A stretch of 64,000 nt of DNA from Eledone cirrhosa (lineage: Eukaryota), in contig OZ024741.1 in NCBI GenBank assembly GCA_964016885.1, positions 115,258,001-115,322,000 of the forward strand, in the 5' to 3' direction. The notes under the pieces are model-generated. The model worked only from the letters and a program-made list of their open reading frames with translations, searched no databases and was not told the DNA's origin. The translations under genes and the position numbers were made by a program. Each line of letters begins with the position of its first letter. The stretch's first letter is position 1. Below are positions 24,260-35,705 of the stretch, piece by piece.

Positions 24260-24473
24260 GTTGTTTTTTGTTTAAAATGAATATTGGGTACAAAACCCCA
24301 ATAACTGGTTATTTAGCCCCGAAGGGCCAAATAACGGACAGAAAGACCCCTCTCACGAGGAGGAGGGTGTCTTTATCAACAATTTGGTTCAAGTTTTAAA
24401 CAATTTACAATTGTTTTAACGGTTAAAAATTACTATACCTTACAGAGCCGAGCCTCCGTCAACCATGGCATTC

Positions 24474-24521
<48 letters not shown>
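24474..24521. repeat. (AAT)n tract
   Basis: Perfect run between D2 and A3. Confidence 0.98.
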
Positions 24522-27184
24522 CTAGATTCTATAAGGACAATAATATGTTCAAAAACAACCAAAGAAACTTCTACAGAAAAATTGGTAAGTCAACAATAAC
24601 TGCTAAATCAATACCACCCAAGGAGGAAGTGCAAGAATTCTAGGAAAAGATCTGGGCCGAAGAAAAAGTTCATAACATACATGCCCCATGGATAGACAGA
24701 CAAATGAAAGAAACAGCTCACCTTGAAGAACAAACATGGGAAAATATAACAGTTGAACAGCTGCGCTTGGCTCTGAGAAAAACCAGCAAATGGAAATCCC
24801 CAGGAAAAGAGAAAATACAAAACTTTTGGATAAATGCCTTCACAGAGTCTCATGAGCTGTTAGCCCAACTTTACAATGAAATAGTTAAGGAGCCAGAAAA
24901 GATACCATCATGGCTAGTTAACGGCATTACATTCCTGCTACCGAAGAATGATGAGACAAACAATCCCAAAAATTACAGACCGATAACCTGCTTGACCACA
25001 ATGTATAAAATTTTAACATCAGTCCTAACTGAATACACATATGACCACCTGATAACAAATGACCTATTTCCCATTGAGCAGAAAGGGTGTAAACGAGGCT
25101 CATATGGCTGTAAGGATCAGCTTCTGGTTAACAAAATGATACTGGAAGATTGTCATAATAGACACAAAAATCTATCGATTGCTTGGATAGATTATAAAAA
25201 AGCATTTGATAGTTTGCCACACAGTTGGATTGAAAAATGTTTAGAGATTTTCAAAATATCCCCCGTTGTCAGGAGATTTTTGTCATTCAGTATGAGGACA
25301 TGGAGAACGACACTCCTTTTGAATAGTGAAACAAAATCACTGGAATCTGGAGAAGTTAACATTAATTGTGGAATTTTTCAGGGTGACTCTTTATCACCGC
25401 TTTTATTCTGCATCGCACTTATACCATTAAGTAAAATGCTCAATGAAACAAAACATGGATATAGAGTCTATGACAAAACCATTAATCACCTGTTCTACAT
25501 GGATGACCTAAAACTATTTGCAAAAAATGATGAACAATTGCAAGGGCTATTATCCACTGTGAAGCAGTTCAGTGATGACATTAAAATGGAGTTTGGACTG
25601 GATAAATGCGCCAAAGCAACGTTCACCAGAGGAAAGCTGCTGAAGAGTTCAGACATTAATCTTGATCGGGGGAACGTGATAAGAGAGCTTGATCAAGAAC
25701 AAACTTACAAATATCTAGGTGTTTGTGAAGGAGACGGAATCAAGCACTCGACAATGAGGGAAAGGATAAGGAAGGAATGTTACCGCAGAGTCAGAGCAAT
25801 CTTAAGAACGGAATTGAATGCAAGGAATAGGATCGATGCCATAAACACGCTTGCCATACCAGTAGTAACCTACAGTTACAATGTCATCAACTGGTCAAGC
25901 ACACAGATCCGTAGGCTCGATACAAAAATCCGAAAATTCTTAACCATGCACAGAATGCATCACCCTAAGGCAGACATAGATAGAATATATCTCCCTAGGA
26001 AAGAAGGAGGACGTGGGTTAATCCAGTTAGACATTGCGTTGAAAACTGCAACAATTGGATTATCCACATATCTAAGGGAATCACATGATTGGATGATCAA
26101 ACTCGTTTTGAAACACGAAAGCACCAAAAGATCATATTCCATTACAAAAGATGCACAAAGATACAGTAATGGACTACAAATTTCAGAAGTCCCATTTACT
26201 GCTGAAATGGAAAACACAGAAAAAGCAAAGCAGGTAAAAGTAACTGCAAAGAAAGAACTGCTACAGAAACTGGCTAAGAAATGGCAAGAAAAGCCTTTGT
26301 ATGGAAAATACCCAGAGCGAGCTAACAATCCTGATGTTGACAAAACTTTAACCCATCAGTGGTTGGCATCCTCTTGTCTGAAATCGGAGACTGAAGGACT
26401 GATTATATCCGCACAAGATCAGTGTCTGCCAACAAAATATTACCAAGCCAACATAATAAAAAATGGGTGCAGCCCATTATGCCGTGTATGCAAAAAACAA
26501 CCAGAGACCATTGACCATATAATTTCAATGTGCAGTCCTATAGCTCCAACCGAATACCTAAACAGGCATGACAGAGCTGCACAATGCATACATTGGATAA
26601 TGTGTAAGCATTTTGACCTGCCCCATCAAAAGAATTGGTGGGAGCATCAACCACCTCCCATACTTGAAAAAGATCACATCTAAATCTTGTGCAACTTTAG
26701 CATCGAAACAGACCGAAAAATAGATGCAAATAGACCTGATATAATATTGAAGGACTTTCAAAGGAGGGTATGCCTGCTAATTGATATGTCTGTTCCAATA
26801 GACAAGAATGTATCTATAAAAACATTTGAAAAATTGAGCAAGTATAAGGACCTGGAGATAGAAATTGGAAAAATGTGGAAATTGAGAACTAAAACAATAC
26901 CAGTGGTTGTAGGCGCTCTGGGAATGATACCTAAGGGGTCTAACGACTACTTATCGCAAATCCCAGGAAACCCGCGTATAGGAGAAATACAAAAGATAGT
27001 ACTAATGGGAACTGCCCATATACTAAGGAAGATTCTGTCAATATAAGTACATCACAAGTCTAAACACTAAGGATGCATGTGTGAATATGTGTGTTCTTTC
27101 TTGAACATGGCGGACCTTGTTGTCTCTTGAGGTCACTGGTTGTGACTTGGTGATAACTCGTATAAACATAAAGCAAGATAAATG
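24522..27184 (+). mobile_element. R4/Dong family A copy 3, 5'-truncated (duplicate of A2)
   Basis: Same truncation point and same stops as A2, offset by 8,777 bp. Confidence 0.93.

Positions 27185-27258
<74 letters not shown>
27185..27258. repeat. (AAT)n tract
   Basis: Perfect run between A3 and C2. Confidence 0.98.
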
Positions 27259-27260
<2 letters not shown>

Positions 27261-30200
27261 TCTGAATACTGAGATAAATAATACCTGGAACAGAGATACG
27301 GCCACTGAGGAGATGAATGCTGACGGGCTAGGACAAGATTCGGTTGACATCCTAAATTTAGTGGTAGATGAGTTGAACAATGATAGTGGGAGACCTATGA
27401 ACCTAAGATTTGTAGACAGGAAAAAGTTAAAAGAAACAACAGCTAAGGTAAACAAAGTCATCCCATACCTTGAGGCGAGGAGTCTTCACCAGTGCAACAA
27501 TATCCTCAAAGCAACAGCAAATACGGTGAGGAAACTACTTGGTATAAAAGCGAGAGGAAACAACAGACAAGAAAGAGCAGAGCCGTGGTGGAAGAAGCGA
27601 CTGAGTGGGCAAATCGAGGAAATGAGAAATGACATAGGAAAGCTTGAGTCACTACTGAATGGGACACTAAAAAACATAGGCACTAAAAATAGACTGGAAA
27701 TAAAATACAAAACTAGGAGTAAAAAGCTAAATATTATCATAGAGGAATTGAAGCAACGCATTGTAGCAAAGAGTGCCAAAATCAGGCGATACGAGAACAG
27801 AGTCAGTCAGTATAAACAGAACCGCATGTTCGACAACAACCAGAAGATGCTGTTTGGACAGCTTGAGGGGAAAGAAAGAGGCAACGACTTGATCCCTGGG
27901 GCGGAACAAGCTAAAACATTCTGGAGAGGAATATGGGAGCAGGATGTTAGACACAATGCCCAGGCAGGGTGGATTGAGACAGTACAGAGGGAGATCGGTG
28001 AGCAGGCACAGCAACAGACTGATTTGAGTATCACAGTTGAAACTCTTAAGGGGCAAGCCAAAAAACTAACCAACTGGAAATCACCAGGCCCAGATGGTGT
28101 GCAGGGGTATTGGATTAAACATTTAACATCCCTCCACCCGAAGCTGACGGCCATGTTCAATGACTGCTTGGTGTCGGGTGAGGTGCCAGAGTGGTTGACA
28201 AAAGGTACCACAGTTCTGATAATGAAAGACCGAATCAAGGGTAATGATGTTACCAACTTTAGACCTATCACATGTCTGCCCGTAATGTGGAAACTGTTGA
28301 CGAGCATTGTGTCTGAGGAAATCTACCATCACCTCCACACAAACAACTTGTTGCCGGACGAACAGAAAGGATGCCGAAAGAAGTCACGTGGTACAAAGGG
28401 CCAGTTGCTTATTGATAAGATGGTAATGGGGAATTGCAGGAGGAGACACACTGATCTTGCCATGGGATGGATAGACTACAGAAAGGCATTTGACATGGTG
28501 CCTCATTGCTGGATCACCAAAAGCCTGGAGATCTTCAGGGTGGCAGATAACATCAGACAGTTGTTGGGCAGGAGTATGGGGTCCTGGGAGACAGAGTTGA
28601 CATCAACTGGAGTATCCTTGGGAAGCGTGAAGATCAAGAGAGGTATCTTCCAGGGAGATAGCCTGTCCCCTCTGTTGTTTGTCCTTGCCCTGATGCCCTT
28701 GACCATTATGCTGCGAAAAGTGAGAGCAGGATACAAGTTGGGAAGGGGAGAGCTTACCATCAATCACCTCCTCTTCATGGACGATCTTAAGCTCTTCGGG
28801 AAAAGTGAGAAGGAGTTGGATGTGCTTGTTGACACTGTCCGTATTTTCAGCAGTGATATATGTATGCAGTTTGGTATTGGTAAATGTGGAGTCATTGTGA
28901 TGAGGAGGGGTAGGTTGAGCAGAAGTAACGGGATCCAGATACCAACAGGTGAGATGATAAAGGAAATTGACTCTGAGGAAGGATACAAGTATTTGGGCGT
29001 TCTGGAGGCTGATGGCATAACGAACAAAAAAATGAAGGAATTGTTAAGAACTGAATACATTCGGAGAGTAAGGAGCGTATTGAAGTCACATCTGAACAGC
29101 AGAAATGCCATAAGCGCAGTAAATTCCCGAGCTGTGTCTATTATTAGGTACAGTGCGGGAATTCTGAGATGGAATGTTGCTGAACAAAAAGAAATGGATA
29201 GGAAGACTAGGAAGCTATTGACTATCTACAACATGTTCCACAAGAGGAGTGATGTCGATAGACTCTACCTAAGGAGATCTGAGGGTGGAAGAGGTCTTAT
29301 CAGCATAGAGGACTGTGTTCAGATGGAGAAAAACAACCTATACAAATACGTGACCTATAGTAAGGAGCCAATGCTCAGAGCTGTACTGAAGGAGGGGACA
29401 GTAGGCCAGGGGATATCCAAGGAGGAAATAACATCAAGGAGGAAGAGCAGCCTTAAGGGAAAATCCCTTCATAGTACCTTCTTTGAGAAAACTGAATTTA
29501 GAGATCCACAGACATGGAACTGGTTGAGAAGTGGAGACCTCAAAAAGGCTACAGAAGGAATGCTAATGGCTGCGCAGGAGCAGGCCCTCAAAACGAAGTG
29601 GTTGAAGCACCATATCTACAAGGAGGAGGCTAGCCCACTGTGCAGGATCTGTGGAGAGAGAGAGGAGACTGTGGCTCACATTGTGTCCGAGTGTAAACAC
29701 CTAGCCCAGACCCACTATAAGGGCTGGAGACACGATGTGATGGGCAGGGTGATCCACTGGCACCTGTGCAAAGTAAACAATCTACCACATTCTGAGAAAT
29801 GGTATGAGCATAGGCCAGAGGCTGTGATGGAGAACAGTCAGGTGAAGGTGCTGTGGGATTTTAGGATACAGACGGACAAGAAACTGGAACACAATAGACC
29901 TGACCTGGTGGTTGTGGACAAAGAAAAAAGATCGTGCCTGATTGTGGATGTGGCCTGCCCGTTCGACACGAGAGTGCAAGAGAAGGAGAGGGAGAAAATT
30001 AACCGATACCAGGACCTAAAGTGGGAGGTGAAAAGGATTTGGAACTGCCATGAAGTCAAAGTGATCCCGATTGTCATAGGCGCACTGGGGACTATCTCCA
30101 AAGGTTTCCAGGGATGGTTAAAGAAAATCGGCCCCTTCACGCTTTTTGGAACGCTTCAAAAGGCATGCTTGCTTGGAACGGCAAGAACCCTCCGATACGT

Positions 30201-30287
30201 CCTGAATATCTGAGGCTGCAGGTAGTGGCTTGATATTCAATCCAACGGACTTTCCAGTTAACCAACATCAATGACTGAGATTCAAGG
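27259..30287 (+). mobile_element. R4/Dong family C copy 2, 5'-truncated with intact 3' end
   Basis: Begins at the equivalent of about 10746 with AAT microhomology; ends in (AAT)n. Confidence 0.93.
27313..30213 (+). CDS. RT + CCHC + restriction-like endonuclease (N-terminally truncated)
   Basis: 966-aa open frame: FMDD, CRICGEREETVAHIVSEC, RHD, NRPDLVVVD..IVDVACP..EKINRY. Confidence 0.92.
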   Translation: MNADGLGQDSVDILNLVVDELNNDSGRPMNLRFVDRKKLKETTAKVNKVIPYLEARSLHQCNNILKATANTVRKLLGIKARGNNRQERAEPWWKKRLSGQIEEMRNDIGKLESLLNGTLKNIGTKNRLEIKYKTRSKKLNIIIEELKQRIVAKSAKIRRYENRVSQYKQNRMFDNNQKMLFGQLEGKERGNDLIPGAEQAKTFWRGIWEQDVRHNAQAGWIETVQREIGEQAQQQTDLSITVETLKGQAKKLTNWKSPGPDGVQGYWIKHLTSLHPKLTAMFNDCLVSGEVPEWLTKGTTVLIMKDRIKGNDVTNFRPITCLPVMWKLLTSIVSEEIYHHLHTNNLLPDEQKGCRKKSRGTKGQLLIDKMVMGNCRRRHTDLAMGWIDYRKAFDMVPHCWITKSLEIFRVADNIRQLLGRSMGSWETELTSTGVSLGSVKIKRGIFQGDSLSPLLFVLALMPLTIMLRKVRAGYKLGRGELTINHLLFMDDLKLFGKSEKELDVLVDTVRIFSSDICMQFGIGKCGVIVMRRGRLSRSNGIQIPTGEMIKEIDSEEGYKYLGVLEADGITNKKMKELLRTEYIRRVRSVLKSHLNSRNAISAVNSRAVSIIRYSAGILRWNVAEQKEMDRKTRKLLTIYNMFHKRSDVDRLYLRRSEGGRGLISIEDCVQMEKNNLYKYVTYSKEPMLRAVLKEGTVGQGISKEEITSRRKSSLKGKSLHSTFFEKTEFRDPQTWNWLRSGDLKKATEGMLMAAQEQALKTKWLKHHIYKEEASPLCRICGEREETVAHIVSECKHLAQTHYKGWRHDVMGRVIHWHLCKVNNLPHSEKWYEHRPEAVMENSQVKVLWDFRIQTDKKLEHNRPDLVVVDKEKRSCLIVDVACPFDTRVQEKEREKINRYQDLKWEVKRIWNCHEVKVIPIVIGALGTISKGFQGWLKKIGPFTLFGTLQKACLLGTARTLRYVLNI

Positions 30288-30422
<135 letters not shown>

Positions 30423-31180
30423 GTAGGTGTAGAGGAAAATCTGGAGACAGCATAAAGACTGAAACAGGATGATGAGCAATAGAGAGACGGATTAGATAGG
30501 GTGATAGAGGACAGTGTTTGATGAAATTAGGGGATGGCCTAAGAGGGAATGGTTAGATGAGATTATCCGTTTTACTGCATCGATGTAAGACACGTGAAAA
30601 CTATTTCAACGAATATGTGGCTTGTATGAGGAGAATGGCGTTCTGTCATGTAGCCATCGATTAAGTGTGTGTTAGGAGATGTAAAGTAAATAAATGAATA
30701 CAAACATGAAATCAAACACAGGAAATGGTAGTAGTCTAATGAATTTCTCTAGCGGCAAAGTGGTGTATTCGGCGACATACACTGGCTTCATTGCCCGACA
30801 AACACCTAGATCCCAAGCTGTTAAAGTTTCAGCAGCTCTCCGATAGGTTTGTCGTCGAATCTGTAGTGGCGGAGATTCCGTCGTTCTTGATACTCGGACA
30901 ACCTTCTGATACAACACTAAACTTAGCGAATTTCCTGCTGTTCTGATACGTTGAGGACGGAATCACAACATCAGACTCAACTCAGATTGCGTCATAACAT
31001 ATTGTTCTGGCAGCATTTCCCGCTTCCACGTATGTATGGACCTAAGATTGTGATGTAGGGTCAGGAGCTTCGTCGCCTATATCGGTGGGTAGCCCTGAGT
31101 AGCTCTTGGAAGGGGCCATAGCATCAACTCCTGCATTCGAAGACAGAGGTCAGAAGCACACCCAGCCCTGTTTATCAAAC

Positions 31181-31211
<31 letters not shown>

Positions 31212-31262
31212 TGTATGTATGTATGTATGTATGTATGTATGTATGTATGTATGTATGTCTCT

Positions 31263-31308
<46 letters not shown>

Positions 31309-31472
31309 TGTTATACTTTGGGAGGGTCATGTTGCCAATAAGAAACACACGCACCAGTTGCTTTCACTTCAATTTATTATATATTTATAAATTTACAAAT
31401 TTACAAATTTACAAACCTATAAATTTCTGGTTGGTTGGTTGGTTCCACAACCAGATAGTTGTTTATATATAT

Positions 31473-31517
31473 AGTCATAGTCCTTTCGTCACACACTCTG
31501 TGACCTCTTCAGTGACT
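31473..31517 (-). ncRNA. Minimal hammerhead ribozyme motif in pLTR
   Basis: AGUCA-CUGAAGA-G-GUCAC..GUGAC-GAAA-GGAC-UA-UGACU. Confidence 0.75.
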
Positions 31518-33985
31518 GGGGATTTTTTTCTTCGTTTCTGTGCCTTTCCTTTCTTCTATCCTACGCCATTTTGTTTCTGTGTGTGTGTTGTGTGCCCAGT
31601 TTGCGCATGCGCCACATCCGGGTGTCTGTGTGTGTTTGTGTTCATTTTTTTATTTTTCTATTTATACTTTTCTATTTGTTTATTTATTTATTTATTTATT
31701 GTTGGTTGGTTGTTTGTTCTATGTGTGTGTGTGTTTTCATTTTGTCCTGTGTGTGTTTTCATTTTGTGTGTGTTTTCAATTGTAAGTTGTTTGTTCTATG
31801 TGTGTGCGTGTTTTCATTTTGTCCTTAGTTGTAAGTTGTGATGTTGCTGTTCCACTCATATTTTCTATTTAATTTTGGTTTTAATTCTTTTATGCTTACT
31901 GCCTCTGTAATTTGCCTAAACATTGCGTCTTTTCTGTGAGTGGATTCTATTTTTATTTCTATGCTCTCTAATCTACCTTTGTGTTCTATCTTAGCATGTT
32001 GGTAGAGCACAGATGATTCTTTATTATCTTGGGGGTCTCGCCAGTGTTCATTTATTCGTTCCCCTATACTACGAGCTGTCTCACCTATGTACACTATATT
32101 TTTGTTTCTACATTGTCCTTCAGTACATCTTATGCTATACACTACATTTCTAGTTTTACAGTTAATATGGGGGCTTATTTTACAGGTTATACATTTCTTA
32201 TCTATACATGAGGGTCTTTGGAACGGGTATGTCTTGCTAATAAGTGTTTTTACGGAGGTACCAGGTCTTTCTAATTTCTTAATATTGAGATTATGTTTAT
32301 TTAGGGCCCTTCTAAATTTGTAGGCTAGTTCGCCTCTAGGGGTTGTATTGATGAACATTACACTCTGGTATTTATTGCTATCATACCATGAGTTTATTCT
32401 ATTGGCCTTGTTCCTAGTTCTTTCTATTCTATTCCAAAAGTTGCTCCTGTACAAGGGGCAGGTCCCATTTATGTCATTATTTACCATTTTTTCCCATTTG
32501 GTTCTGGCTCCTTTATACACTCTGATTCTATCTCTCTGATTGTAGCCAGAGAACTGCATACGGTGGATGAAGTGTTGTATGTGTCTCTCTAGTTCTTCGG
32601 GGTTGCACATGCGGGACACATTTCTCATCACCCGTACCAAATCCGCAATCAGTATGTTGATTTTGGTATGGTCCGAAATGGCCGAGTTTCGGTGGATCAG
32701 ATGTTTGGAAGTCATGGGTTTGGCATAATGGGAATGGAGGATTTGTTTTTAGTTGTTAATGGTATCTAACCAGAGCTCTGTGTCTAGTACAGGTAATCGA
32801 TGGTTGGGGTGTCTACTTGGGTAGTCTATAGTAACTTTAATGCTCTGGTGGATGGAGTTTGCTATTTGCTGGACTTTCCATTGTGTTTTTCTCTAGTTCC
32901 TGACTATTCTTTAGTGGGGGTGTCTTAACTACGATGTTTATATCATCTACGTAGCGGGAGTACATTATCAGGGTTAAGCTGTCTTCTAATTGTTCATTAA
33001 GTTTTTGTTTAAGTCTACTGTCCCACCATACCATGAATAAGTTAGCTATGTCGCCTGCAATGCTAACACCAATGGCTGCTCCTTCCTCTTGGGCATATGT
33101 TTTACCATTAAATTTGAACATATGTTCCTTAAGGGTTAATTTTATGCTGGCCCCTACCTCATGTGCAATCATTTTCTTCAGTTCATCGTGGTTTTCGGGT
33201 GTCCGTATGGCTCTGGTCCACCCGTTCCATCTATCTGTGTGGGTTTTCTTGGCCATTGAGGTAATGGTAGGTGGTCTGCCTCTTGCTGGTCTTGTAGGGC
33301 ACAGGTTGCTAAGGTCATAAGTGTCTAGGTAACTATTACTATGGGTAAGCTTAAGTAGAAGTCCCAGCTCACTGGTATCAATCCCACGGAACTCAACCTT
33401 GCTCTCGCTGATCATTTCTACGCATTTCTCCACAGCAAAATCCACGTCAATAGATGGATACAGGGACACAACATCCATACTGCCTATTATGCAGTTTGTT
33501 AGGTCCCCAGATCGGTTACCCGCGCCGATTCTGCTGAGGAGGTCCTCCGTGCTGTCACACACATCTGGGTCCACACACAGAAAAGACGCAATGTTTAGGC
33601 AAATTACAGAGGCAGTAAGCATAAAAGAATTAAAACCAAAATTAAATAGAAAATATGAGTGGAACAGCAACATCACAACTTACAACTAAGGACAAAATGA
33701 AAACACACACACACATAGAACAAACAACTTAGAATTGAAAACACACACAGGACAAAATGAAAACACACACACACACATAGAACAAACAACCAACCAACAA
33801 TAAATAAATAAATAAATAAATAAACAAATGGAAAAATATAGATAGAAAAATAGAAAAATGAACACAAACACACACAGACACCCGGATGTGGCGCATGCGC
33901 AAACTGAGCACACAACACACACACAGAAACAAAATGGCGTAGGATAGAAGAAAGGAAAGGCACAGAAACGAAGAAAGGAATCCCC

Positions 33986-34030
33986 AGTCACTGAAGAGGT
34001 CACAGAGTGTGTGACGAAAGGACTATGACT
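33986..34030 (+). ncRNA. Minimal hammerhead ribozyme motif in inverted pLTR copy
   Basis: Reverse-complement copy of 31473-31517. Confidence 0.75.
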
Positions 34031-34293
34031 ATATATATAAACAACTATCTGGTTGTGGAACCAACCAACCAACCAGAAATTTATAGGTTTGTAAATTTGT
34101 AAATTTGTAAATTTATAAATATATAATAAATTGAAGTGAAAGCAACTGGTGCGTGTTTTTCTTATTGGCAACATGACCCTCCCAAAGTATAACAATATCG
34201 GTTTCAACACACGATTTCAGATAAAGAATCTTGCTAAACAAATTCAGAAACGAAATATATATATATATATATATATATAATACACACACACAC

Positions 34294-34356
<63 letters not shown>

Positions 34357-35559
34357 CGTGTATGTCTGTATATGTGTGTGAGTATCACATGCATACAAAT
34401 AACTTAGGACAGGAAAAGAAGGGATGATATCTGAATAGTCAATCGAACTTCAAGACCCCAGCCAAATGTTTACCTACTATTCTTAATGGGAAGCAAAGTT
34501 TGGATAATACATTGTTTAATACATTGTAATATATCTGGACAAAAGCAGACAGAGTGTTTACGATTTGAACGCGCTTAATGATGATCGTTGATTGATTAGA
34601 GTTGAAATGATGCAAAACAACAACAACACCAACAACAAGAATAAATTTATTGAAATATAGAGCTTCCGTTATATATAACTTCGCGTTTCATTTGTGAAAG
34701 CTCTCCATAGTTGTAGTTTTTTGCATTCTTAATTTCCGATCAATTATAGTCAGATCTTTGACACAAAGACTCTCTCAATGTCTTCAGGTTTTCTTTTATT
34801 TCTTTTATTTTCTGCAGCTTATACTTCTCCAAACAAAGTCAGTATTTTAGCGAGCAGTAAACACAAATGTGTAGGCTAGTAAAACTAAAAAGAGAAAAGA
34901 AAAAAAAAAAAAAAACGGAATCAAATCTAATGAAATGTAGGACAACATCAATAACAAAGGAGGCACGTACAAGGCCCTGGAACGTTGCTAAGCCTGTATT
35001 GTTTAACATTTTAATATTTTTCTTCACTTGTAATAAATCTATTATATATTTCTCAATGTTTGTCTATGTCTGTGTATCTAAACCCGGCAATACACTTCCT
35101 TTTCTATTACTTTCTCTCATTTCCACTCTTCCGTTCTTTTCTCTTTGGTTAAAATATGCCTATTTATTATTTCTTACAGGCGAATTTTGGTGCATTTTCT
35201 TCTGAATTCAAAGTACGCTATTACCTGCTTTTGATACCAAACCAACCAAACTCGATTCGAGTTCTATGAAACAATACCACCTATTTTAAAGGGTTTCTAT
35301 TTAGATTAATATCTTCCAATATAATTTTATATGAGAGCCACATGTTAAGTTACTACCTTGTATGTATGAACCTGTAAATTCATGATGGAGTTGTAGGGGT
35401 GCCGTAGTGACATATGGCATGTCTAGGGCATTGTAAACATGACGGATTCCATTCCCTCTTCAATCTGAATACAGTCGATTTCTTCCAGAGGAGAAAGAGC
35501 AAGAGAAGAGAATGAAATGAAGTGAGAAAGAGATATAAAGGAAGAAATTAAACCCGATA

Positions 35560-35705
35560 CTAGGTTGGTACTTTTTTTAATCAACTTTAAAATGGTGAAA
35601 GGAAAAGTGGAGCATAGCGGGATTTGAATTCTGAACGCAGGGAGACAGAATGAATAAGGTAAAGAATTCTCTCCGAAGTTCTAACGACCATGCCAATTCA
35701 CGGCT
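35560..35705. mobile_element. Degenerate SINE remnant
   Basis: TGGTACTTT..ATCAAC..GAAAGG.AAAGT.G resembles 45325-45400 and, from memory, cephalopod SINE bodies. Confidence 0.4.

Larger units (their letters stand above)
18446..24473 (-). mobile_element. Tx1/L1-clade element, family D copy 2: full length, both ORFs intact
   Basis: 5'UTR about 210 nt, ORF1 698 aa, 35-nt spacer, ORF2 1139 aa, 3'UTR with AATAAA; flanked by (ATT)n on both sides. Confidence 0.95.
31305..34198 (-). mobile_element. Penelope-like element, 5'-truncated, with inverted pseudo-LTRs
   Basis: RT (SMDVVSLYPSI, GAAIG, RYVDD) and GIY-YIG (VVYSIRC..YIGET.R..ER..EH) across 31825-33570; inverted repeats of about 630 bp at 31305-31944 and 33570-34198. 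Confidence 0.9.
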
